NCBI GenBank assembly: GCA_048887225.1
Contig: JBHLJY010000003.1
Location: 174,436-238,435 of the forward strand
Direction of reading: 5' to 3'
DNA length: 64,000 bases
From: Candidatus Hodarchaeota archaeon
GTDB taxonomy: Archaea > Asgardarchaeota > Lokiarchaeia > Sigyniarchaeales > SOKP01
This document shows, piece by piece, positions 1 to 9,446 of this stretch. How positions within the stretch are numbered: the stretch's first letter is position 1; each line of letters starts with the position of its first letter. A program made the translations under genes and the position numbers. The notes under the pieces are model-generated. The model had not been told where the DNA came from and made no database searches. It saw nothing but the letters and a program-made list of their open reading frames with translations.

Positions 1-467
1 TAACCTTTCATAAAATCCTCTAAAAATACTTGTAAATTCTTATAAATATTATATTTAGGTGGTGTAGTCTCAATAGGTTTTTGAATGGGGGCACTACTTT
101 TAGTTGTTTTTCTTTCAGATATAGGGATATCTTCTATAAGATAATCTTCAACAATTTCGCTTTTTCTCTCATAAGATAACTGTGGTTCAATTTTTTCTTC
201 TGCTTTTTCTTCACGATGATACCAAGTTTCTTCAGATACTCCTGTTAATAATCCCTGTAAATCTATTTGAGCCTCCTTGGCAGAGCTTAAAGCAGAACTC
301 AATGCCGAGTCTAATGATAATTCCGTTTCTGGTATTTCTGCAGCTTTTAAAGTAGCACCCGAAGAAATTTCTAGTCCTTTTTTCTTGGTCGTTTTTAGAG
401 CATCTTCCAATGAGGTGTCTGTTTTTTTCTTTTTAGACGATTTTTTTTTCTTTTTATTCTTAGCCAT
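1..467 (-). CDS. Hypothetical protein, 5' part (runs off window start), polybasic N-terminus MAKNKKRKKKSSKKKK
   Basis: ATG at 467, open to the window edge, protein-like composition (...KYNIYKNLQVFLEDFMKG); absent from the ORF track because it is truncated. Confidence 0.8.
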   Translation of the reverse strand, partial: MAKNKKKKKSSKKKKTDTSLEDALKTTKKKGLEISSGATLKAAEIPETELSLDSALSSALSSAKEAQIDLQGLLTGVSEETWYHREEKAEEKIEPQLSYERKSEIVEDYLIEDIPISERKTTKSSAPIQKPIETTPPKYNIYKNLQVFLEDFMKG

Positions 468-590
468 TAAGAATAAGCCTTTATTATTGTTTAATCTACT
501 AATTTAATATTACAATTAATTTATAAATCTATTTTACAATCAATGTATTTTTAACAAGATTATTTTATTTATTGAATTGAACAAAATTTC

Positions 591-992
591 TTACTCTAAG
601 GGGATTATCTCTACTTCAAGAGCATCTCCTTCGATTTTTAAAATTTCTTTGAGCTTCTCAAGGTCCATCTCTTTTGGTCTCGGTCCAATCACAGTCCACA
701 TAGCGGTTTTCTCTTTTTCAATAGTTAACGATTCTCCATAAACTAGCGAAATCCCGTGATTTCCAAAAGTCGTAGCTATTTTTGCCAATGATCCAGCTTC
801 ATCCTTCATTAATATTCTAAATTTAAGAGAATCACCTTTAATTCCAACTGGGGTTATTCTGATTTCTTTTGTATCTGAATCTGCGATCATCATTAACTGT
901 GAGTTCTCAGTCAGTCCTAGACTTTTTCTAATCGTCATTGGAATTACTATTCTTCCTCTATTATCTATAACCAAAAACTTGACATCCTTCAT
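591..992 (-). CDS. AbrB/MazE-type DNA-binding domain fused to an ACT domain
   Basis: N-terminal IDNRGRIVIPMTIRKSLGL (AbrB signature); C-terminal MKDEAGSLAKIATTFGNHGISL (ACT signature). Confidence 0.8.
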   Translation of the reverse strand: MKDVKFLVIDNRGRIVIPMTIRKSLGLTENSQLMMIADSDTKEIRITPVGIKGDSLKFRILMKDEAGSLAKIATTFGNHGISLVYGESLTIEKEKTAMWTVIGPRPKEMDLEKLKEILKIEGDALEVEIIPLE

Positions 993-1158
993 CTTTTTAA
1001 TTAATTCTTAAAATTTTTTTAATAATTATTAAAGCTATTAAATATATAAATTAATACTTTAAAGGAGAAAAGAAATTTTATTTTCTTACTATGATATAAC
1101 GTTAAATGATACTAGTTTGCTAATATAGAAAGACTTGGAATATTTAAAAATAAAATAC

Positions 1159-3333
1159 TTATGTTTTATGGGCCTTCAACTTCACTGTAAGGTCTCTTGC
1201 TCGCTTTGAATACCAGACCAATAAATCTCCAGCGTTTTCGGGCTTAAAATATTCGCCACCGCATAAAGTTGCAGCACGAGTCATTAATGCGTCATTAGGA
1301 TTCCCCAACCCAACTATATAAATGACTACATTTAAATTCTCAGAGAATCTCTTTGCTGCTTCAAAAAACGCATTACCATCAGTAGGTTCACCATCAGTTA
1401 ACAAAACAATCATGGTTGGCTGATCTGGGGATATTTTTTCAAATTCGTTTAGAATTAATTGAGCTTGTTCCATAGCATGTCCCATATTGGTGGCCTGTCC
1501 ATATGAAGAGGCGATTCTATCAACGATCATCTTCGCAGCCTCCTCTAGAATTCCTTTTTTACCACTAGCGGAATCCATATAAAATCCACCTCCAAAGGGT
1601 AGTACTTGGGCCTCATCAGCAAATCGGATAACAGCAACTTTTTCTCCAAAACCACGACCAACTTTTTCACTTAGGAATAGAACTGCTGCAAATGCAGCCG
1701 AAATTCTTCTTGGGATGTTGATGCCATCCTTGAATTTTTTTAAGAATTCTTGAATTTCACGAGATTCCATTGCTGCCTTAATACCCTCAATTGCTGGCGC
1801 AATATTAGTTACAAGCACATCACGTGCCATCATGGATCGACTTATGTCAATTATCAAAATAGCATTAAAAGGTATCAAACCCAATGGTGATAGGGTTAAT
1901 GTTGTATTTTTCGTAATTTGAGCTAATATATCACCGGTTAAGTCTGGAACGCAATCAATAATAGAACAAGCAATATTAACTGCGTTCCATCTTAATTTAA
2001 TTCCCTTGAAAATGATATAATTTGAAAGCCAATCCTTTAAAGCTTCTACACTCTGTCTAGCATTGCTTATAATTTCCCACATATTCTCGCCAGAAATGGG
2101 TGAAACCCCTAAAGAAACGCTTTGTAAAGGAATGATTTGTCGTTGATTTTTTGAAATTTTTACTTCAAAGCTACCAATTCCAGACGCTTCTAAAATTTCA
2201 CTATCAATAATAATTATATTATCAGGAACTGTTTCTACAACAACAACCTTACCCGCTCCAATTGCTCCCGTAAGTTCATCTTCGAATGCTAAAACATCAT
2301 TATTTTGAATTGAAATTGTATGTTGCGTTCTTGGACTTACTTGACAAAAACCATTTAAATTTGGCTGCGATTGGACTTCTAATATTATTTCAGACGCTTT
2401 TTGAATTGGTGGCTCTGTAGAATATATTACGATTTGTTCAGCTTGAATATTCGTATCTTCTAATGTGTCTTTGCTCATTCTTATCTCAGTATCGCTAATT
2501 TGCGCTTGATCTATTCTCGCAGAACCCATAGATCTCGTTAGAGGGTCTTCCCATGCGATCAACATACCTTGTCCAAGGCCTAATTGTTGCAAAACGTTAA
2601 GACTTAGTTGTACTCGACCTCCTTCTATGTTATTATCTATAACAGGAGTTTGAATTATCCCTTTTTTCTGATTTTTTAACATATTTATATCAATCCTATT
2701 AGGATAAGGTTCTACTGGAGCTACTGGAGCGATGGTTTCTTGCGTCGGCATTGGTTGAAGTGTTGATGGTGGTGGTGGCATTGAAGAAGGAGGGGCCCTT
2801 ATTTGAGGAGGAGGTTTAAACTGTGGTGTTGGAGTAAATTGTGTGGGTGGGGGTATTTGTTTAGGTGGTGGTGGGTGTGCGGGCAGAGGTGCTTGTATAG
2901 GTTGTGTTGGTTTTATAGGTGGAGGTGTTGGTGCGAGCTGAGATGATGGAGGTGGTTGAGGTACAGGTGTAAATTGAGGTGCAACACTTGGTTCTGGTGG
3001 TTGAAGAGACGGTTGAGAAGTTAAAGCGGATTTTGATGGTACTGTAGGTTCGGCTTCTTGTGAAATAGGTGGAGCTGCGGTGCTTGGTCTTATAATAACT
3101 TCAATACCTGTAAATTCTATTTCATCAATGATGTTTTTTGAAATCATCCCAGCAAAATCTAATGCAGAATTAGAAATTTCAGCAAGAGCAATAGTACTTC
3201 TGCCATTCTCTGGATTAATAATTTCTACAGACGATCTTGTTGAAATACCAAGTTTTTTAGCATTGGACGGACTAATAATTGCTTTATTTTTGGTTTCGTC
3301 TTTAATATCTACAAAAATCTTTATTTCTGGCAT
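1159..3333 (-). CDS. Protein with Cdc48-N-like double-psi barrel repeats, a Pro-rich linker and a C-terminal VWA domain
   Basis: MIDAS DISRS, T in GQATN, LLTDG; three repeats resembling ISP...KLGI..V-type barrels; about 125 aa Pro/Gln-rich segment. Confidence 0.8.
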   Translation of the reverse strand: MPEIKIFVDIKDETKNKAIISPSNAKKLGISTRSSVEIINPENGRSTIALAEISNSALDFAGMISKNIIDEIEFTGIEVIIRPSTAAPPISQEAEPTVPSKSALTSQPSLQPPEPSVAPQFTPVPQPPPSSQLAPTPPPIKPTQPIQAPLPAHPPPPKQIPPPTQFTPTPQFKPPPQIRAPPSSMPPPPSTLQPMPTQETIAPVAPVEPYPNRIDINMLKNQKKGIIQTPVIDNNIEGGRVQLSLNVLQQLGLGQGMLIAWEDPLTRSMGSARIDQAQISDTEIRMSKDTLEDTNIQAEQIVIYSTEPPIQKASEIILEVQSQPNLNGFCQVSPRTQHTISIQNNDVLAFEDELTGAIGAGKVVVVETVPDNIIIIDSEILEASGIGSFEVKISKNQRQIIPLQSVSLGVSPISGENMWEIISNARQSVEALKDWLSNYIIFKGIKLRWNAVNIACSIIDCVPDLTGDILAQITKNTTLTLSPLGLIPFNAILIIDISRSMMARDVLVTNIAPAIEGIKAAMESREIQEFLKKFKDGINIPRRISAAFAAVLFLSEKVGRGFGEKVAVIRFADEAQVLPFGGGFYMDSASGKKGILEEAAKMIVDRIASSYGQATNMGHAMEQAQLILNEFEKISPDQPTMIVLLTDGEPTDGNAFFEAAKRFSENLNVVIYIVGLGNPNDALMTRAATLCGGEYFKPENAGDLLVWYSKRARDLTVKLKAHKT

Positions 3334-3556
3334 ATTTTTTCAAATTGTATTCTTTTTTAAGGAATTATTTAATTACATTAATTTTTTAAGAAATGACAGT
3401 AATTAAATTTTGAGATTGTTTTCGTAGATTGAATATATTTTACTTATTCTTCAAATATTTTTAATGGTATTTAAAAGTTCAAATGGTTTTTATTTTTTTA
3501 TAAGCACTTAAAAAAGCTTTTCTAAATGCGAGGAATAAATGATTACTATGATTAGA

Positions 3557-3946
3557 TTAAAGAGCGGGGTATCTTTTACCTATTTCTCCTGCATAATACC
3601 TAAAGACAGTGACAACTTTTCCTAAATCTGCTATCTTTCTTGAAGCGCCCATAAGGAAGAACCGACCAGCAGCGCTAAGTATGATAAATGCGTCCTCACC
3701 TCTTAATACTACTTCCAACATATTATGATATCCCATTGTATCAACAGCGTCAGAACCACTCTTCATAACAACTGCACTTAAACTTGAGAATAAATCAGGT
3801 TCAATTTCATAGCTTGGAATACAGCTAAAGGCCAATTGTAAACCTTCTCTAGTCACTAACGCGAGCGCTTCAAGCTCAGTGTGTTCAGTAATATTCCCTA
3901 AAAAATTCGATAAGCTTTTAGCCTCGTCTGGAGTTAAACTAACCAT
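3557..3946 (-). CDS. Roadblock/LAMTOR2 (LC7) domain protein
   Basis: ALALVTREGLQLAFS...FSSLSAVV pattern, 129 aa. Confidence 0.8.
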   Translation of the reverse strand: MVSLTPDEAKSLSNFLGNITEHTELEALALVTREGLQLAFSCIPSYEIEPDLFSSLSAVVMKSGSDAVDTMGYHNMLEVVLRGEDAFIILSAAGRFFLMGASRKIADLGKVVTVFRYYAGEIGKRYPAL

Positions 3947-4100
3947 TTTAACTTTTTTTCTAAATTTATGTTCTATTTTAAATAATATTATTATGAGTTT
4001 TGAACTTAAAAATGTATAGTTCTTAAGGTAGGATATAAATTACAAATTAGAAAAGGATTATTACTCCACAAATTGAATAAAATAAATAGAGTCTAATTAA

Positions 4101-4970
4101 TTATTTAAACTCTCCAAGCTGCGTTTTAATTTGATCTTTAAGGATTTGCTTTTTATCTTTATATTCAGTGGCTCCTTTCACTTTTTTTGATGATTCACTT
4201 TTTAGAAACTCAATGGCGACAATCTTTCCATGCTCGGAAAGAACTCGTGGAGAATACCCTTCAGCAAAAAAAATACCCTCAGGGATTGATCCTACTTCTT
4301 CAATCTTTTTCTCAGTCTGTTTTTTACCTAAGAAGGTTGTAACTTTTTCGACAACCGAATATGCGTGATTACCAATTATTATTAATTCTCTTTCATAGCC
4401 GTCAGGAATTTTTATTTCTTCTAATTTCTGCATAATTTGATCAAAATCTATTGGCTTTTCCTCTTGAACATAGCTTTCCATTGATTCTTTACCTGTATAT
4501 AACGGTCCTATATTAGAAGTCGAAGATTGAATTGTCTTGCTACCCGCTATATTCATACCTTCGGCAGGGGTAGGTGCTTCAAATGTAGCTTTTTCCCTTA
4601 AAGGATGCCCTCCACCTCCACCTGCCGCTTTAGCTGCTTTTTCTTCTTTAATCTCTTTTGCTATACCTGCTTCTGTTTTCCCTCCAATGACTTTTAGAAA
4701 CTCATCCGTTTCTTCTGCTTCGTCAAGGGGCACGACAGCATAATGCATTCCAACTTGTCCTCTAATTTCTTGACTCCTTTTTGCACCTATAAATTTTGAA
4801 CGGACGGATGATTGTATCCCCTTCCACAGAAAAACTTTTCGAAGATCATCCGCTACTATGACGTAACACTCATCGGTTTTTAGAAGGTCTTTAACAGCCC
4901 CATCTGAGGTTAGTTCTGTGGTTGTACCGTCTGGATTGATTAAAAAAACCTGTAGGCCCAATTTCCTCAA
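4101..4970 (-). CDS. Gelsolin-domain protein with Asgard C-terminal 'X' domain (1DGelX-like)
   Basis: LKTDECYVIV..VFLWKG.QSS...VPLDEAEETDEFL gelsolin motif; C-terminal IPDGYERE..Y.PR..EFL domain shared with 57269..58021. Confidence 0.8.
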   Translation of the reverse strand: MRKLGLQVFLINPDGTTTELTSDGAVKDLLKTDECYVIVADDLRKVFLWKGIQSSVRSKFIGAKRSQEIRGQVGMHYAVVPLDEAEETDEFLKVIGGKTEAGIAKEIKEEKAAKAAGGGGGHPLREKATFEAPTPAEGMNIAGSKTIQSSTSNIGPLYTGKESMESYVQEEKPIDFDQIMQKLEEIKIPDGYERELIIIGNHAYSVVEKVTTFLGKKQTEKKIEEVGSIPEGIFFAEGYSPRVLSEHGKIVAIEFLKSESSKKVKGATEYKDKKQILKDQIKTQLGEFK

Positions 4971-5123
4971 CTCTTTGGCTAATTTATTTTATTACAAATT
5001 ACTTTTTTTATTTATATAATAATAGGTTATTTCTTTATAAAATTTTTAATTATAAGAAATGTATGTGCTTTCAGATATAATTATTTTTCTATTAAAATCA
5101 TAAATAAATTTGGGGTAAAATTA

Positions 5124-6689
5124 TTAACTTCTAAGTAAATCTGAGACTGCCGAATTGATATGATTAATCATATCCATGGCTGTAAATCTAGATCCAACTT
5201 TACTTTTACAATATTCTCCGAAATAACCGTTTAAAAATGCTGCTGAACAAGCAGATCGGAAGGTATCATTATTCATCGTAAGAAAACATCCGCATAAACC
5301 AGCTAAAACGTCTCCAGTGCCTCCAATAGACATTTCAGGACATCCAGTTTTATTAATTTTCAATTTTTTTCCATTGCTAATGTAATCGTATGGTCCTTTT
5401 ACTAATAAAGTGAGGTCTAGCTTTTTTGCTAAATCAAAAATAATTTTTCCTCTCCCTTCAATATCATCATAAGGAGGTAAATCGATACCTATCATTATTT
5501 TTAATTCACCCTCGTGAGGAGTTAAAATAACTGGTTGACCTTTGAGCAAATTAAGATAGTTACTCACTAATTTTAATGCATCAGCATCTAAAACAAATGA
5601 CTTTTTATCTTGTCTTAATTTTTCAAGTAATTTAACTAGAAGTTCTTCAGTTTCTTTCTCTTCTCCTATTCCTGGACCAATAATTATTGAATTAGACCAA
5701 TCAATCAACCACGAGATCTCATCTAATGCATTTTTATTCAGGAAATCGCCTGGACTAGTTCTTACGATCATATTTGGGGAATAACTCCTAACTACATCTC
5801 CTATAACTTCTGGTGTATAGGTTATAACTAAGTCAACTCCAAAATTAATACTAGCTAAAGACGAGTATGTGGGGGCGCCCGAGTAATTTTTCGACCCTCC
5901 TACTATTAAAATTCTCCCAAACTGCCCTTTATGGGTATCAGATTTTCTAACTTTCAGAGTAGGAATTAGATCTCCTCTTCCTACAAATAATCTTGCTTCT
6001 AGAGGGATCCCTATTGATTTAACGATCATTTCATTAATGTATTTAGTATTAATCTTCATACCTTTCTTAATTCGATGGAAGGTTATAACTAAATCCGATT
6101 TTACAGCCTTATCTAAAACCTTACCATTGTCCGGATTTAAACCGGAAGGTACGTCAATTGAAACGACTTTAATATTTTCTTCTTCCCTTAGAGCATTAAT
6201 CAAATCTACTGCTGAAGAAATTGGCTCTCTGATGTTTCCACTTATTCCAGTTCCTAACAAACCATCTATAATTAAATTATATCTTTTTTTCTCTTTAATA
6301 AGTGTGTCAATTTCTGTTAATTCAGCCGAATCCATTATAATTTTTATTTGTATTGAATGATTAAGATGTTTTGTAATGATATTCCAATTTAAATTTGCCT
6401 CTTTAGTTCTTATATTTTCTGGGGCACCTAAAAGGATAACCAATACCTTTATACCATATGACGATAAATGACGAGCGACCACAAATCCATCACCCCCATT
6501 ATTTCCCGTACCGCAAAATATGGCAACTTTAGAATTTTCTTCCAGATTATACCTTTTGATGACTTCATTAGCAAAAGAATAACCTGCACACTCCATCAAA
6601 TAACTTTTTGGTATTCCTAACCATTCTGTGTTATTATCCAAAATCGCAATTTCTTCAGATGATATCTTTTCAGAATTTAATCGTTCCAT
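5124..6689 (-). CDS. nnr: Bifunctional NAD(P)HX epimerase/dehydratase
   Basis: GTGNNGGDG, DVPSG, HKGQFG, DADAL, LTPHEGE, GGTGDVLAG. Confidence 0.95.
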   Translation of the reverse strand: MERLNSEKISSEEIAILDNNTEWLGIPKSYLMECAGYSFANEVIKRYNLEENSKVAIFCGTGNNGGDGFVVARHLSSYGIKVLVILLGAPENIRTKEANLNWNIITKHLNHSIQIKIIMDSAELTEIDTLIKEKKRYNLIIDGLLGTGISGNIREPISSAVDLINALREEENIKVVSIDVPSGLNPDNGKVLDKAVKSDLVITFHRIKKGMKINTKYINEMIVKSIGIPLEARLFVGRGDLIPTLKVRKSDTHKGQFGRILIVGGSKNYSGAPTYSSLASINFGVDLVITYTPEVIGDVVRSYSPNMIVRTSPGDFLNKNALDEISWLIDWSNSIIIGPGIGEEKETEELLVKLLEKLRQDKKSFVLDADALKLVSNYLNLLKGQPVILTPHEGELKIMIGIDLPPYDDIEGRGKIIFDLAKKLDLTLLVKGPYDYISNGKKLKINKTGCPEMSIGGTGDVLAGLCGCFLTMNNDTFRSACSAAFLNGYFGEYCKSKVGSRFTAMDMINHINSAVSDLLRS

Positions 6690-6774
6690 AACAATTAATT
6701 TTAAGATACTGAATTAAAAAACATTTGTTAATTATTACATCTTGAATTATATCATAAAAAAATGGTGAATATGC

Positions 6775-7944
6775 ATAACTAACTATAAAGAAGATATGGA
6801 TGATGCAAAAGAGCGATTAAAAGCCTTTTGGGATCACGAACTCATCGATCGCCCTTGCATTTCTTACCGCTATCCTATTTACGGAAAGAAATTACCTAAG
6901 GGAACTAATGTGATTGAATACTTTTTTCCATGGTTTATGGCAAAAAATTGGGACGATATTCAAAAATTTCTAAAAGATTTTGAGGATATATCAAAATGCT
7001 TCTATTTTGGAGGTGAATGCATTCCACGATTATGGCCCAATTATGGTCCAGGTATTATGGCTTCAGTACTCGGTGTTGAGCCTGAATTCAATCCAAATTC
7101 TAAAACAGTCTGGTTTCATAGAGAAACGAAAGTTGATGATATAATTCCATTATTAGAAGGTGTAAAATTAAACAGAAATAATCCTTGGTATGATCGGCTT
7201 CTAAGAATTACAGAATACGCAGCTAAACAAGCGGGAAAAGATTATTGTATTGCTGTAACCGATCTTGGTGGAGTTTTAGATATCTTATCATCGTTCTTAG
7301 GACCTACAAAAATTATATTAACGATGAGGCGACAACCTGAAATCATTGATACATGTCGGGTAATTATTCTTGAAAAATTATTAAAAGTCTATGACGATCT
7401 TCAAATCATTATAGAACGCTACGGGGATGGCTGCAGTGCTTGGATAGATATTTGGTGCTCAAAACGCTGGTATCCTATTCAATCTGATTTTACTGCTTTT
7501 CTTTCGCCTAAATGGTTTAAAAGATTTGCTTTATCAGATATCATTGCTCAAGCTGAACATATGGATTATGCTATTTATCATTTAGATGGTCCAGACGCTT
7601 TAAAACATCTTGATTCTCTATTAACTGTAGATTCAATAACAGGCATTCAATGGGTTCCAGGGGCAGGAAGAGAGCTTGCATGTAGCGATGCTTGGATGCC
7701 AGTCTATAAAAAAATACAATCAACGGGGAAGTTTGTGATAATTTATGTTTTTGAAATACTAAAATCACTCTCACACTTTTATAAAGTGTTAGATCCAAAA
7801 CTTCTATTCCCTATTAATATATCTATGGATCCTGTAAAAGCTCAATTCTATTTGCCTAAATTTGTTGGTGGGCAAGGAGGTTCTGGAAATTTTGGAAAAT
7901 TTAAAAGAACAATGCGAAAATATTTGAAGAACAAAAATATTTAA
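6775..7944 (+). CDS. Uroporphyrinogen decarboxylase/methyltransferase (URO-D-like) family protein
   Basis: NYGPG, DLGG..DIL, YHLDGP, IQWVPGAG; the start may be ATA 6775 after GGTGA rather than ATG 6796. Confidence 0.75.
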   Translation: MTNYKEDMDDAKERLKAFWDHELIDRPCISYRYPIYGKKLPKGTNVIEYFFPWFMAKNWDDIQKFLKDFEDISKCFYFGGECIPRLWPNYGPGIMASVLGVEPEFNPNSKTVWFHRETKVDDIIPLLEGVKLNRNNPWYDRLLRITEYAAKQAGKDYCIAVTDLGGVLDILSSFLGPTKIILTMRRQPEIIDTCRVIILEKLLKVYDDLQIIIERYGDGCSAWIDIWCSKRWYPIQSDFTAFLSPKWFKRFALSDIIAQAEHMDYAIYHLDGPDALKHLDSLLTVDSITGIQWVPGAGRELACSDAWMPVYKKIQSTGKFVIIYVFEILKSLSHFYKVLDPKLLFPINISMDPVKAQFYLPKFVGGQGGSGNFGKFKRTMRKYLKNKNI

Positions 7945-7966
7945 TTTTAAAAGAATTATATAAAAA

Positions 7967-8112
7967 TGCCGGTGGCGGGAATCTCAGACAGAGCAAAATG
8001 CTACTTCCATTTGAGCCCGCGACCTCCAGATTATGAGTCCAGCACATCTAGTCTGACCCATTTTTCAGAATGAGTATGTGTCTGGCGCTATAACCAACTA
8101 AGCCACACCGGC
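7967..8112 (-). tRNA. tRNA-Met(CAU), elongator type, with two introns (8037-8079 at 32/33; 7981-8009 at 59/60)
   Basis: Acceptor GCCGGTG/CACCGGC-A; removing two BHB-flanked segments gives a 74-nt cloverleaf with CCAGA-CTCATAA-TCTGG. Confidence 0.9.
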
Positions 8113-8127
8113 TTTTCAATTTCATCA

Positions 8128-8200
8128 AGCCCCCGGCGGGGTTTGAACCCGCGACCTTTGCCTTACCAAGGCAACGCTCTACCAGCTAAGCAACGGAGGC
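8128..8200 (-). tRNA. tRNA-Thr(GGU)
   Basis: 73-nt cloverleaf, TTGCC-TTGGTAA-GGCAA anticodon arm, GGTTCAAAC T-arm. Confidence 0.95.
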
Positions 8201-8361
8201 TCTTTTCAATTTTTAGATAAATATCTAAATCATTATTAAATTAAAAATTTTATTTGGAAATGATTCGAAAAAAATCAAACTAATTCTTATTTTTTATTAA
8301 TTTTTAAATTAAGAATAATTAGTATAATTCTCGCTCTGCTTAAGATTATACATCTTTATGA

Positions 8362-9315
8362 TTATTGCGACTTACTTAAAATTTTATATGCTACGTATAT
8401 AAATGATTCATTAATATTTTCTCCTGTTTTTGCTGATGTAAGAATATAATGAAAACCAAGCTCATCAGCAACAGATTTAATTTCTTCTTCGCTTATTACA
8501 ATCTTATCTTTTAAATCAGATTTATTTCCTACTATTACAATTGGAATATTAGAGGATAAGTCTTTTGTAATATCAGCATACCAAGATTTAATACTCTTAA
8601 TATTTCCTTGACGAGTACGATCTATAACTATAAATGCTGCATTTGCTCCACTATAAAATTGAGCTCTATACGGCGCCATAAATTGGATTTGTCCCGCAAT
8701 ATCCCAAATAACGAAAGTTATTTTAGTTTTTTCATTTAAATTATAATCCTTTTTTGAGATTTCAACTCCTAATGTAGAAATATAATCATCTTTAAATTCA
8801 TTTTTAGTAAATGTTCTTATTATAGAACTTTTTCCAACTTGATAATCTCCCGTAATAATTACTTTTTTTGTAAAGTCTCCTGTCGAAAGAGTCCCCTCTT
8901 TTGTTTTTGAAAGAAATTGAATCGCATCTGGGATTTCAAGAGAAATATCTTCCTGTCCCTCTAATATTAATTCAATTTTTCCTGCTATGTGCTCTGATAG
9001 CACTCTTAATTGAACATCAGGAGTAGATATTTCAGTTATAGCTGTTAAAATTGAATTTGGTCCCTGCGAACAAAATACAAATTTCTTATCGCTTGTAGTA
9101 GTCACATTAAAAAAGTTATTTTCAACACCAAATTCATCTTTTAATTGATCGATATACTTTTCTACGTAGGTAGAAATTCCACCTATAACAATATCGTCTT
9201 GCTCCTCTCCTTCTGAAATAATGACAAGGCCGTCTATATCGCATACAGCTACTACTATTACTCCTTCTATATTATTCATATAATTTAATACTAAAGTTTT
9301 CAGTTGTTCTTTCAT
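8362..9315 (-). CDS. Roadblock domain fused to a Rab-like small GTPase
   Basis: N-terminal VAVCDIDGLVI; G1 GDYQVGKSS, G3 WDIAGQ, G4 NKSD, G5 TSAK. Confidence 0.9.
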   Translation of the reverse strand: MKEQLKTLVLNYMNNIEGVIVVAVCDIDGLVIISEGEEQDDIVIGGISTYVEKYIDQLKDEFGVENNFFNVTTTSDKKFVFCSQGPNSILTAITEISTPDVQLRVLSEHIAGKIELILEGQEDISLEIPDAIQFLSKTKEGTLSTGDFTKKVIITGDYQVGKSSIIRTFTKNEFKDDYISTLGVEISKKDYNLNEKTKITFVIWDIAGQIQFMAPYRAQFYSGANAAFIVIDRTRQGNIKSIKSWYADITKDLSSNIPIVIVGNKSDLKDKIVISEEEIKSVADELGFHYILTSAKTGENINESFIYVAYKILSKSQ

Positions 9316-9446
9316 AAAAACACATTAGTTTCAATTAATTTACGAAAATAATAAATTTAAGCCATTTAAATATAGCTTTTTCAATTAAAATATCCCTCTT
9401 ATCGATTAATCTTATTTATAATATTAATATTGAAAAAAAGAATGCC

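Noticed and set aside
277-507. 76-aa plus-strand ORF
   Set aside because: Antisense shadow of the truncated minus-strand gene 1..467
2700-3080. GGT/GGA-rich repetitive DNA as a possible repeat array
   Set aside because: Explained by Pro codons of the VWA protein linker; no constant repeat-spacer structure
8037-8079. C/D-box guide RNA in the tRNA-Met intron
   Set aside because: Contains CTGA but no convincing C box, and it is only 43 nt
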